DNA from: a bacterium
GTDB taxonomy: Bacteria > RBG-13-61-14 > DATKZS01
Direction: 5' to 3'
Assembly: GCA_963674965.2 (NCBI GenBank)
Contig: CAXXFL010000004.1
Location: 128,001 to 192,000, forward strand
DNA: 64,000 nt
The notes beneath the pieces were generated by a model. It ran no database searches, had not been told where the DNA came from, and saw only the letters and a program-made list of their open reading frames with translations. Positions 40,215-49,454 of the stretch are shown here, in pieces. Every line of letters begins with the position of its first letter. Within the stretch, counting starts at the first letter, position 1. The position numbers and the translations under genes are program-made.

Positions 40215-40518
40215 GCGGGAAACGCTTTATCTTCCATCAAGAGGATAGTTCCAATATCCGGTTACCCATGCCATCCATACGGCGCAAATCTCCGGGTTGG
40301 CGGCATTAGTATCCGGGTGACGCGGTTTCAATACTACTGATGCCTTAACCTATGTTTTTTAATAAATCTCAGTAATCTCATAGAATGGGAGACCGAAAAA
40401 TTCCTTGCAAAGGCGGATGAAGTCGGGATCGAGGCCATTATGCCGGCCGCCTATGTAATTTTTCCGCCGTCGAACTCCAGGGCAAATCTAAACGTCAATC
40501 CCCCTGGCACTACCGCGC

Positions 40519-40776
40519 TTATTGGTCTCCAAAACCCCTTAACCTCGACCGGCGGATTTGTAAAATCGAATAGGCGACCAAGCGGAGGTTGGCGTGACGC
40601 TTGATGGCATAGACCACCAAGGTCCGCTCCGGCTTCATCTCGACGTCGTCGGTGGTGAAAAGCACGTTCATTTCGCCGAGGGTGGCGCTGGGGACCATCA
40701 CCCTGACGAAGGCCTTGATGGCGGCGGTCTTGCCGCAATTCCTGGCCTTGATTTTTTCGCGCTTCGATCTTTTCAA
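40519..40776 (-). pseudogene. Possible degraded transposase fragment
   Basis: VLFTTDDVEMKPERTLVVYAIKRH loosely resembles the L.STD.....I...Y..RW segment of IS4-superfamily transposases; sits in an otherwise gene-free 800 bp. Confidence 0.25.
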
Positions 40777-40945
40777 CCACGGTCGTTGTGGGCCGTACTT
40801 TTTGCCCCGCTTGGGAGGACGTCCCGGTCGGGATAAATGGGGATAACCTCAACTTGGGACCCCATAGTATGCCCATCAAACTCCCCATCTAATAATGGGG
40901 CCAAGGCAAGGCGCGTCCCGTTTTGGGCGGCAACGCTTCAAGCTA

Positions 40946-40974
40946 TTGACATTTGTCATGTATATTAATAGAGT
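40946..40974 (+). promoter_or_regulatory. sigma70 promoter with overlapping palindrome
   Basis: TTGACA-17nt-TAGAGT; TGACA-TT-TGTCA overlaps the -35. Confidence 0.55.
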
Positions 40975-41021
40975 TAACTAGTATGATCTTTCAATTGAGG
41001 ACACGGCTCAGGAGGGAAGAT

Positions 41022-41948
41022 ATGTCGAAAAAATCGATTATTATTGCAATGGCCTGCTTCCTGTGGATTTCTTCCATCGGCGGTTGCCCCCGCGGCAAGG
41101 ACCCCAGCGGCAACGAGCCGCCCGAGGTGCAAAAGGTCACCATCTCCCCCAAGTCCGCCATGCCCGGTACCGTGCTTCGCTGCTCGGCCACCCTCTTCGA
41201 TCAAGAGGGAGACGCGGTGGACCTTGCCTACGAATGGTACGTGAACGGTACCCTGATCCCGGAGGCCAAGGGAATCGATTTCGACACCAACGATTACGTT
41301 GCCGGAGACAAGATTTACGCCAAGGTCTGTCCCAGGGAAAAGGAGTCGGGCCGGACGGGAAAGTGCGACGAATCCACCAAAATCACCCTGGGGGAACTGC
41401 CCTCGTTGACGTTAAAAGGGGTACGCATCGAGCCCGAGCAGATTACGATAGCCGCCGACGCTGAAGCGGTGGTCGATTACGGCGACTTGGACGAAATGGA
41501 CGTGGACGACATATATTACCAGTGGTACGTGAACGGCCAGCTCCTTGAGGACCTGGATGAGTTCGAGTCGACCCTGTCCACGGACTACTTTGCCACGGGC
41601 GATAAAATCCAGGTCAAGGTTTGCACGGACGGGGCCTTCGACAGCGGGACCACCACCGCTTCCGCCATCTACACCGTGCTAAACAAGCCACCGGTGTTCG
41701 TGGGAGACGCGGAGTTGGAATGGGACGGGGAAACCCTTTATCTTACCCTCGAGGCCGAGGACCCGGAGGGGGACGACCTCGAGTGGGTCCTTTTCGCGGG
41801 GCCGCCGGGGGCTTACATCGAGGACGGGGTGGTGTATATCGACCGCGCCAAGGTCAAGCCGGGAAAGTATCGGCTCGAGGTCGGGGTTTCGGACGAGTAC
41901 ACCAAGGACTACAGCCGATATAAATCCACAATAACGGTCCCCAAATAA
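41022..41948 (+). CDS. Lipoprotein with repeated Ig-like domains
   Basis: Lipobox IGGC; repeated Y.WYVNG...GDKI..KVC units; DQEGD/DPEGD motifs. Confidence 0.8.
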   Translation: MSKKSIIIAMACFLWISSIGGCPRGKDPSGNEPPEVQKVTISPKSAMPGTVLRCSATLFDQEGDAVDLAYEWYVNGTLIPEAKGIDFDTNDYVAGDKIYAKVCPREKESGRTGKCDESTKITLGELPSLTLKGVRIEPEQITIAADAEAVVDYGDLDEMDVDDIYYQWYVNGQLLEDLDEFESTLSTDYFATGDKIQVKVCTDGAFDSGTTTASAIYTVLNKPPVFVGDAELEWDGETLYLTLEAEDPEGDDLEWVLFAGPPGAYIEDGVVYIDRAKVKPGKYRLEVGVSDEYTKDYSRYKSTITVPK

Positions 41949-41971
41949 ACCGCGGCCGCCGCGGCCGATCG

Positions 41972-42007
41972 GCGCCCTCGGCGGACGCGAGGGCGCTTTT
42001 TATTTTT
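41972..42007 (+). terminator. Intrinsic terminator
   Basis: GCGCCCTCG-7nt-CGAGGGCGC then T-rich tail. Confidence 0.75.
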
Positions 42008-42730
42008 TCACTCCCGGTATTTCTCGCCGGCCTTGTACATTTCCAGTCTCTCTTTCGCTCCCTCGGCGTGTTCCGTCATCTGCATGGGAACGGCCTTGGA
42101 CTGGTACTCGACCGCCTTTTGGAAATCACCGATCTCGGCGTAGGCGGCGGCCAGGGTATCGACCACGGCCGCGTTTTGCCACTTGGTTATTTCACAGGCC
42201 CTTTTCGCCATCTCGACCGCTCTTACCCCATCCCTCATGGAGTCCTGGGAGGAAGTGGCCAGGAGCCAGGCGAGGTCGTTCAGGCAACCGGACTGCTTGT
42301 CGTTAATCTCGACGCACCTTTCGAGGTTCGCTTTGGTTTCCTCCATATTACCCTTTTTCCTGAAAACATATGCGCGAGAAAGGTAAGATATCTCATTTCG
42401 AGGATTCATCTCGATCATCTTCTCGGCGTCCTCCATGGCTTCATCCAGCCGGCCCGTCTCGATCCTGGCCCCGCATCTGCCGTGATAGGCCAAAAAGAAA
42501 TCCGGCTTGTATTCCATGGCCTTTGTAAACTCCTTTTCCGCTTTCTCGAACTCCTTTTTGCCAAGCAGCTCGAAGCCTTTTTTCGCGTGCCAATCGGCAA
42601 TTTTTCCCCTTGCCTCTTCAGGTGACGGCGGAAGGCAGGAGGAGACAATAGTAAAGATCAAAAGCAGAATTATTAGAAAGCCGAGGTTTCCCAAACCCTT
42701 TCGTAACGAGATTGTTGCATTGCCTTTCAT
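42008..42730 (-). CDS. TPR lipoprotein
   Basis: VSSC lipobox, TPRs, NDLAWLLAT...A...A.RACE...DTLAAAYAE.GDF. Confidence 0.88.
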   Translation of the reverse strand: MKGNATISLRKGLGNLGFLIILLLIFTIVSSCLPPSPEEARGKIADWHAKKGFELLGKKEFEKAEKEFTKAMEYKPDFFLAYHGRCGARIETGRLDEAMEDAEKMIEMNPRNEISYLSRAYVFRKKGNMEETKANLERCVEINDKQSGCLNDLAWLLATSSQDSMRDGVRAVEMAKRACEITKWQNAAVVDTLAAAYAEIGDFQKAVEYQSKAVPMQMTEHAEGAKERLEMYKAGEKYRE

Positions 42731-42953
42731 TATATCCTCCCCGCTTGTCCGCCTTGGAATAATTACCTTTTCCTCAGTCCCATATTTTTATTACGCCCGC
42801 CGCGAGTTTTCAAATCGCGCCGCCTCTTTTTACTTAAGCCATGGGGACTCTTCTTTTAACTTGCAATCTAATTCCAATGTTGCTAGATTTATGCGGTCGG
42901 CAAGGGGCCATCTATAAAGGCCATGTTTAATCGATCGAACAAGGAGGACATTG

Positions 42954-43169
42954 ATGACCGAAAGCACCTACAAGATTATTGAATTGGTTGGAAGCAGCCC
43001 GAAATCCTGGGAAGAAGCCGCCTCGAACGCCATCGCCACCGCCTCGAAGAGCTTAAGGGACCTTCGCATCGCGGAGATTTCGGAACTCGATCTTAAAATC
43101 GAGGACGGAAAGGTTATGGCATACAGGGCCAGGGTTAAAGTAAGCTTCAAATACGTTGGCAAAGAATAA
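42954..43169 (+). CDS. Dodecin (flavin/CoA-binding)
   Basis: YKIIELVGSS..SWEEA...AI..ASKSLR, YRARVKVSF; RBS AGGAGG. Confidence 0.93.
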   Translation: MTESTYKIIELVGSSPKSWEEAASNAIATASKSLRDLRIAEISELDLKIEDGKVMAYRARVKVSFKYVGKE

Positions 43170-43193
43170 TCCAATACTCGATCGAAGTCGCGG

Positions 43194-43221
43194 CGGGCAA
43201 GATGTTTTTGCCCGTTTTTTT
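43194..43221 (+). terminator. Intrinsic terminator after dodecin
   Basis: CGGGCAA-7nt-TTGCCCG-TTTTTTT. Confidence 0.75.
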
Positions 43222-43451
43222 ATTTGACGTCCCGATCGAAATCATCGCCTTTGCGTCTTTTGATTGAAGACCCATGAATCGGTTCCAAGTATGAAAGACT
43301 CGAAAACCCAAGGGCCATGTCCGCTGAAAATAAAATTAAACCAACGATTTCAATAAAATGCATGATCTTCCCCGACTCCGATAAGCGCGTTAAGACGGAA
43401 TAAGTTGAAAACCGGCGGAAGCTCATTTGTCATTTGGCCTCCAGCGCTTGG

Positions 43452-43480
43452 TTGACATATTCCCTATTTGGGATTATCAT
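43452..43480 (+). promoter_or_regulatory. sigma70 promoter of tRNA-Lys
   Basis: TTGACA-17nt-TATCAT, 26 nt before the tRNA. Confidence 0.75.
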
Positions 43481-43506
43481 AGTTATTCACGTCAAACAAA
43501 ACATAT

Positions 43507-43582
<76 letters not shown>

Positions 43583-43932
43583 TTTATGACGGTTTGCGGA
43601 CATGGGTCCGTTCGGCAAAGAATACCAGATTTCCACTGTCAACCTATCGTGAATCAGGATCTTCCCCACCATGGACACCCCGAGGATAACGTCGTTTGGA
43701 CTCCCGGCTCCGCCTGGAGAACTCTCGCGGTCCTGAAAGCCGAGCCACGAAAGACCGCCGCCAAACGGGAAAAATGAAAAACGGGGCTTTATGACTTTAT
43801 AATCTCGCGTCACAAGCAGGACCGAACCTGATGGCAAGAAGGGCGAAGGAAGGAGACATATTCCCGCTACGCTCTTTGAGTCTCGTGGTGATATCTTTGA
43901 TTAGATCAGGGGCCGATTCGAAGGCGCCGGAG

Positions 43933-44466
43933 TTACCCGTCCGTGCCGATAAGCTTCATGCCCGTTTTGTTTCTTTTGGCCAGTTCCTGGTAGATTTTCT
44001 TGCCCCAGGTCCATATCTGGCGGTCCAGGTCCCTGATCGGGCCCTTGACCTCGACGGGCACGCCGTGGGCTATGACCTCGGGCGGGACTTCCTGTTTCGA
44101 GCGGACCAGTCCCATCTCCCCGATGATGGTCCATTTGCCCACCTTGGCGTAGTCGCTGACGGTGGAGCGCATGCCGAGCACGGCGTAGTCGTCAATAAAG
44201 GCGTTGTGGATCATGGCCCCGTGTCCGACGGTGACCTCGCGTCCAAAGGTCGTCTTGTCGTTGGGCCGGGCGTGAACGATGACGCCCTCCTCGATGGCGG
44301 TGCCTTCGCCTATCTCGATGGTCCCGTAGTCTCCGCGGAGGATGGCGCCCCACCCGACGTAGCAATGGGGGCCCACGCGCACGTCTCCTATCAGCGTGGC
44401 GGTGGGAGCGATCCAGGCCGTGGGATCGATTTGGGGAACTCTTCCCTCGAAATCGTAAATCGGCAT
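43933..44466 (-). CDS. Gamma carbonic anhydrase family hexapeptide-repeat protein
   Basis: IAPTA.LIGDV, GAILRGD, three His (IVH, VGHG, MIHN). Confidence 0.92.
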   Translation of the reverse strand: MPIYDFEGRVPQIDPTAWIAPTATLIGDVRVGPHCYVGWGAILRGDYGTIEIGEGTAIEEGVIVHARPNDKTTFGREVTVGHGAMIHNAFIDDYAVLGMRSTVSDYAKVGKWTIIGEMGLVRSKQEVPPEVIAHGVPVEVKGPIRDLDRQIWTWGKKIYQELAKRNKTGMKLIGTDG

Positions 44467-44493
44467 TTTATAAAGGGCCCGACCGGTCCCAGG

Positions 44494-44634
44494 TCAGGAT
44501 TCTTTCGCGGCTTCCGGGTCAAGAGGGAAAGAAGGCGTCGAGCCCTCCCGCCTAAGTATGCGTTTTTTCCCGCGGTTCTTCTTGTGACGCCTCATGGCGC
44601 GGCGGGCCTTGGTGAATTTTGCGTTGCTTGCCAT
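44494..44634 (-). CDS. Small basic protein (46 aa)
   Basis: AAGGAG RBS, MASNAKFTKARRAMRRHKKNRGKKRILRREGSTPSFPLDPEAAKES*; below the ORF-track cutoff. Confidence 0.75.
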   Translation of the reverse strand: MASNAKFTKARRAMRRHKKNRGKKRILRREGSTPSFPLDPEAAKES

Positions 44635-44819
44635 TTGTATACTCCTTCTCGGGCGCAAAAGTACGCCTCGAATTTTCCATTCAAGTTTTCAGAGTATATC
44701 ACGGAGTTCCAAAAGTTTCCAGGCCTTGTCCGTCACCAAAGAAAAATACGAGGTGAAAGCGTGGATCGCCGCCGACAAAGCGCCTCGCGCCCCGCCCCCG
44801 GCGCAAGGCCCTACGGGCG

Positions 44820-45197
44820 CTAGGCCCGATCGTTTTTTTTCAATACCTCGAGGACCTTCTCCTTTAATTTGTCCAGGCGGCCGTTCTTTTCAATAAAGGC
44901 GTCGGCGTTTTTTACCAAGGGATCGTCCTTGTACTCGACCAGCGAGGTATAGACGATTACGGGAACGCGGTTCCTTGACGCCTTGAGCCGCTCGAGCACG
45001 GTCAGCCCGTCCACGATCTGCACGAAAATATCCATTATCAGTAGGTCGGGCGGGATATCGGAGTTCACCATGTTGAGGATTTCTCTTCCGTCCTTGGCCA
45101 GGCGCACGTTGTAGCCCTCGGCCGCGAATTCCTTCTTCATAAACTCTCTAATATTGGCGTTACGGTCTCCAATCAGAATGGTCGTTTTCTTTTCCAT
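44820..45197 (-). CDS. Single-domain response regulator (atypical acidic pocket)
   Basis: LIGDRN, DLLIMD, DGL, YTS, FIEK. Confidence 0.85.
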   Translation of the reverse strand: MEKKTTILIGDRNANIREFMKKEFAAEGYNVRLAKDGREILNMVNSDIPPDLLIMDIFVQIVDGLTVLERLKASRNRVPVIVYTSLVEYKDDPLVKNADAFIEKNGRLDKLKEKVLEVLKKNDRA

Positions 45198-45232
45198 GGC
45201 GGAGGACCTCCTGCCACCTCGAAAAAAATTTA

Positions 45233-45248
45233 TGCAATACCGGCGCCC
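45233..45248 (-). promoter_or_regulatory. Possible sigma54 promoter for the receiver gene
   Basis: Minus strand GGGCGCCGGTATTGCA = GG-N10-GC with TTGCA, 35 nt upstream of the ATG. Confidence 0.4.
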
Positions 45249-45588
45249 GGCAAGAACGGGAAAAGAGAGTACGCAAAAACGCGGGGATAGGAGCGTAAAG
45301 GATTTCCGAGCCGGGGGAGAAAGAAAATGTGCTTTAAAAATGCCAATATTTTTTCCATCCTGTAAATTTATTTTTTTGCTTTAATGTTCGTTTAATCTTC
45401 CTTTGACCATGGCGCGCGAAAGCCGGCCCATGCCTTTTTCAAAAGCAGTTGGCGAGGCGTTTTTCGCGAGTCTATAGAACTGAAATATAAGCGAAATATC
45501 TCGCGTAAAATATTAATTTATTAAGTCTTCATCCGTCATTTCCGGGTATGGTTTTTGCCTTATTCCAAAATGGAGAAGGATGAATTAA

Positions 45589-47652
45589 ATGAAGGGAAAA
45601 AAAACCGACTGGGCCCCGCTGGAGAAGATGGGCCTCTACAGGATTTTTCCCATCCACCGCCTTCCGGTGTCGGTGGGCATGAAAATCCTCTTCATCTTGA
45701 TGCTGATAGTAGTGTTGGGTTCCTTCGTCACCTTGCGGCTCAGCCTGAGGCTTATTTACGACAACATCTGGCGAGAGGCCCAGAACAAACTTCATAACGA
45801 CCTTAAAACGGCCCGCATGATGTACGACGGCGCTCTGATGGACGTGGACAGGGTGGTTGACTTCACGGCCAACCGCTTTTTCCTGATGGAGGGCATCGAG
45901 AGCGGCGGTCTGGAAGACTTGAAAGTACAACTCGAGAAAATCCGGCGGGACCGGGGCCTGGACGTTTTCACCCTGGTCGATAACGAGGGGGTGGTCATTT
46001 TACGGACCGCCGCCCCCTACTCGGTGGGTGACAACGTGAGCAACGACCCGATCGTTCACTCGGCCCTGTCCGGCCACAAGGCCTCGGGCACGGTGGTCAT
46101 GACCCGCGAGCGACTGAAGCTGGAGGGTGAAGAACTCGTCATCAGGGCCCACGTTAACGTCAAGCCCACCAAGAACGCCCTGCCCGGCGCGCTCGAGGTG
46201 GTGGACTCTGGCATGCTGCTGATGGCGGCTTACCCGGTTTATTCCCGCCATGGAGTTAAGCTGGGGGCGCTCTACGGCGCTAGGCTTCTAAATAACGATA
46301 CCGTCCTGGTCGACTCGATCATGGCCCAGATGTTCCCCGGTTCCCAGGAGCAAATAAACCTGGCCATGGTTTCGATTTTCTTTTGGGACGTCCGCGCCTC
46401 GACCAGTCTTCGCTTCTCGAACGGCAACCGGGCCGCGGGCTCTCTGATGTACGGCGAGGTTAGCGAGGCGGTCCTTAAAAACGGTCAGAACTGGGTGGGC
46501 ACCTCGTGGGTGGTCCAGGACTGGTACTTCGCCGCCTACGAGCCGATCAGGGACCCCGACGGCAAGGTGATAGGTTCCCTGGGCATCGGGCTTTGGAAAA
46601 GCCCCTTCATCGCCATCCGCGACAACTTCGTCAGTCGTTACGTCAAGATATCCCTGGTGGCCCTGGCCATAGTCCTGGTATTGGGCTTTATCTTTTCCCG
46701 CATGTTGACCAAGCCTTTGCGCGAGTTGGCCAAGGCGAGCCACGAGCTGGCCAAGGGGAAACTGGACTTCAGGGTCAAGATCAAGGCCGGGCGAGACGAG
46801 ATAAGAGAGCTGGAGTTGGCCTTCAACCTCATGGCCAACAACCTCAATACCATCATGCAGGAAAGACAAAAGCTGACCGACGAGCTTCGCGACCTTAACG
46901 ACAGGTACATGGAGCTTCTGGGCTTCGCCTCCCACGAGATCAAGGGACCGGTGGGAGTGATAGCGGTCACGGTCGAGAACCTGCGGAAGAACGGGTCCCA
47001 TTTGAGGGATGACGCCTTCGAGAAAATCCTCGACCGTCTGGACAGAAACGTGTCCTATATCTCCTCGATGAGCGACAAGTACCTCCATTACTCGAAGATC
47101 GAGTCCGGCCAGCTCAAGCTTTACAAGACCGAGACCAAGATACTCTCCGAGATCATCGAGCCGGCGGTGGAGGGCGAGCAAAAGCCCATCCTCGAGAAGA
47201 AGATGGAGGTCGAGATCGAGAACGCTGAGGAGATGGCCGACCTGACTCTATACGTCGATCCCGAGATGACGCGAGTAATTTTTTCCAACCTCATCTCGAA
47301 CGCCGTCAAGTACGGGTACCAGGGAGGATACATCAGGATAGGGTGCGTGGAGACGGAGGAATCCTACGTCTTCAACGTGAAGAACAACGGGGAGGGCATA
47401 CCGCCGGACGAGATTGGATTGATATTCAAGAAGTTCCGGCGTCTCGAGTCGGCCCGGAAGAAGCAGAAGGGCACCGGACTGGGCCTTTTCATCACTCGGG
47501 AGATAGTCGAGCTTCACGGAGGCAGGATCAGGGCGGAGTCGGAGCCGGGAAAGTGGGCCAACTTCATCTTCGAGCTGCCCAAGTCCAGCGTTAACCCCTC
47601 GGTGCACGACAAGGGGAACAAGGTCCAGGGGGAGGAACTCTGGGGGTATTGA
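45589..47652 (+). CDS. Cache-domain/HAMP sensor histidine kinase
   Basis: TM-periplasmic Cache-TM, HAMP (DEI.EL..AFN.M), H-box SHEIKGP, NLISNAVKY, GEGIP, GTGLGL. Confidence 0.93.
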   Translation: MKGKKTDWAPLEKMGLYRIFPIHRLPVSVGMKILFILMLIVVLGSFVTLRLSLRLIYDNIWREAQNKLHNDLKTARMMYDGALMDVDRVVDFTANRFFLMEGIESGGLEDLKVQLEKIRRDRGLDVFTLVDNEGVVILRTAAPYSVGDNVSNDPIVHSALSGHKASGTVVMTRERLKLEGEELVIRAHVNVKPTKNALPGALEVVDSGMLLMAAYPVYSRHGVKLGALYGARLLNNDTVLVDSIMAQMFPGSQEQINLAMVSIFFWDVRASTSLRFSNGNRAAGSLMYGEVSEAVLKNGQNWVGTSWVVQDWYFAAYEPIRDPDGKVIGSLGIGLWKSPFIAIRDNFVSRYVKISLVALAIVLVLGFIFSRMLTKPLRELAKASHELAKGKLDFRVKIKAGRDEIRELELAFNLMANNLNTIMQERQKLTDELRDLNDRYMELLGFASHEIKGPVGVIAVTVENLRKNGSHLRDDAFEKILDRLDRNVSYISSMSDKYLHYSKIESGQLKLYKTETKILSEIIEPAVEGEQKPILEKKMEVEIENAEEMADLTLYVDPEMTRVIFSNLISNAVKYGYQGGYIRIGCVETEESYVFNVKNNGEGIPPDEIGLIFKKFRRLESARKKQKGTGLGLFITREIVELHGGRIRAESEPGKWANFIFELPKSSVNPSVHDKGNKVQGEELWGY

Positions 47653-47700
47653 ATCGGCGAGCGTTTACCACGTCCGCTTCCGGATCAAGGAGGTCATGAA

Positions 47701-48090
47701 ATGGCAAAGAGAATCTTACTGGTGGATGACGACCGCGACATGGTCGAGACCCTTACCGAGAGCCTGCAGGCCGAGGGCTTCGAGGTGCTCGCGGCCTATG
47801 ATGGGGTCCAGTGCATGGACATGGTCAAAAGGGGCAAGCCCGACCTGATCGTGCTTGACGTGATGATGCCCAACAAGCACGGTTACCAGGCCGCCAAGGA
47901 ACTGGAAGGCGACGAGTTCAGTCACATCCCGCTCATCATGCTCACGGGCGTGGCCGAGCACCTTCGAGAGACCAAGTACTCCCACGCCCAGGCCCTGGAG
48001 TGCCAGGCTGACGACTTTATCAGCAAGCCCCTCAAATTCGAGGTCCTTTTGAAAAGTATAAGGAGGCTTCTTAAAAACGGCGGGAAGTAA
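47701..48090 (+). CDS. Single-domain response regulator
   Basis: LVDDD, LDVMMP, MLT, FISKP. Confidence 0.93.
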   Translation: MAKRILLVDDDRDMVETLTESLQAEGFEVLAAYDGVQCMDMVKRGKPDLIVLDVMMPNKHGYQAAKELEGDEFSHIPLIMLTGVAEHLRETKYSHAQALECQADDFISKPLKFEVLLKSIRRLLKNGGK

Positions 48091-48110
48091 CAAAGCAAAG
48101 AGAGGTGAAC

Positions 48111-49334
48111 ATGAGTAGTAACTCTGGGCGGGGATGGACGGTAGTTTTTTCAGGCATGGGAATCAACCTCGCGCTCGGGGTGCTGTACACCTGGAGCGTG
48201 ATCTCGAAGAAAATCCCCGACGACTGGGGATGGAGCGAGTCGGACCGGGCGCTTCCCTATACGATCGCCTGTCTGATCTTCGCCTTTATGATGGTCCCGG
48301 CGGGCAAGCTGCAGGACCGCTTCGGGCCGAGGGTGGTAGCCGCGCTGGGAGGGCTTTTAACGGGCGTGGGCATGGTCCTGGCTGGAGCGTTCACGGACCT
48401 GTGGATTTTTATTTTAGGCTTTGGGGTCCTGGCGGGGACCGGCATCGGGTTCGGCTACGCCGCCGCCACCCCGCCGGCGGTCAAGTGGTTCCCGCCGGCG
48501 AGGACGGGAATGATCGCGGGAATAGTGGTTTCCGGGTTCGGGCTGGCCTCGGTATATATATCGCCGCTGGCCAATTACCTGATCGACGCGAGGGGCGTTG
48601 GCCCGGCCATGACCATATTGGGGATCGCCTTTTTGGTCGTGGTCGTGGGACTGGCCCAGCTTCTGCGCAATCCTCCCGCCCTGGGCCCGAGGGAGAAGGC
48701 GGCTTCCACGGCGGCCGACGAGGACTATACGGCCTCCCAAATGCTGAGGACGGCCCCCTTTTACATGCTGTGGCTGATGTACGCCTTTAACGCGGGGGCG
48801 GGCCTTATGATAATCGGCAAGCTGGCCAAGCTGGTCGAGGTCCAGGCCAACTTCAAGGCGGGCTTCATCCTGGTGGCGCTTCTGGCCATAGGCAACGCGG
48901 GCGGACGGCTGCTGGCCGGGTCGCTCTCGGACAAGATGGGAAGGATCGCCATCCTCAGGGTATTCACCGCCTTTCAGTGCGTGCTCATGTTCCTCATGCC
49001 CTTCATGGACAACTGGGTCGTCATGGTCGTTTTTTCCATGTGCATGGGCATGAACTACGGGTCGAACCTTTCGCTTTTCCCGTCGATCACCAAGGATTAT
49101 TACGGACTTAAAAATTTCGGGGTCAATTACGGCGCCTTGTTCACGGCCTGGGGCGCCGGGTCCATACTGGCGCTGGTGGCGGGAAAAATCTACGACCTGC
49201 ACGGAAGGTTCGACTACGCGCTCTACGTGGCGGGGGCGCTACTTGTCGTGACGCTGGCCTTGTCTTTCTTCGTGAAAAAGCCGGAGGAGATATCGGGCGC
49301 CATGCCCCACGCAAGACCGAGCGGGGCGGCCTGA
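48111..49334 (+). CDS. OFA family MFS transporter (oxalate/formate antiporter-like, likely monocarboxylate)
   Basis: LGVLYTWS, G.LQDRFGPR, KWFP...G...G, NAGGR, KNFGVNYG. Confidence 0.9.
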   Translation: MSSNSGRGWTVVFSGMGINLALGVLYTWSVISKKIPDDWGWSESDRALPYTIACLIFAFMMVPAGKLQDRFGPRVVAALGGLLTGVGMVLAGAFTDLWIFILGFGVLAGTGIGFGYAAATPPAVKWFPPARTGMIAGIVVSGFGLASVYISPLANYLIDARGVGPAMTILGIAFLVVVVGLAQLLRNPPALGPREKAASTAADEDYTASQMLRTAPFYMLWLMYAFNAGAGLMIIGKLAKLVEVQANFKAGFILVALLAIGNAGGRLLAGSLSDKMGRIAILRVFTAFQCVLMFLMPFMDNWVVMVVFSMCMGMNYGSNLSLFPSITKDYYGLKNFGVNYGALFTAWGAGSILALVAGKIYDLHGRFDYALYVAGALLVVTLALSFFVKKPEEISGAMPHARPSGAA

Positions 49335-49454
49335 CCGGCCATAAAGATATGGGAGATGACGAGACCCGGTTAAAGGGGCGCGGGGAAACACAAGGAGAGG
49401 CGCGAGGGGAAGTATTTTTTCGCGCCGCTTTGCCAAGGGAAAAGGAGGCAAGTG

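Noticed and set aside
40972-40984. AGTTAACTAGTA resembling the E. coli trp operator
   Set aside because: Partial match only, with no trp genes or TrpR nearby; likely chance.
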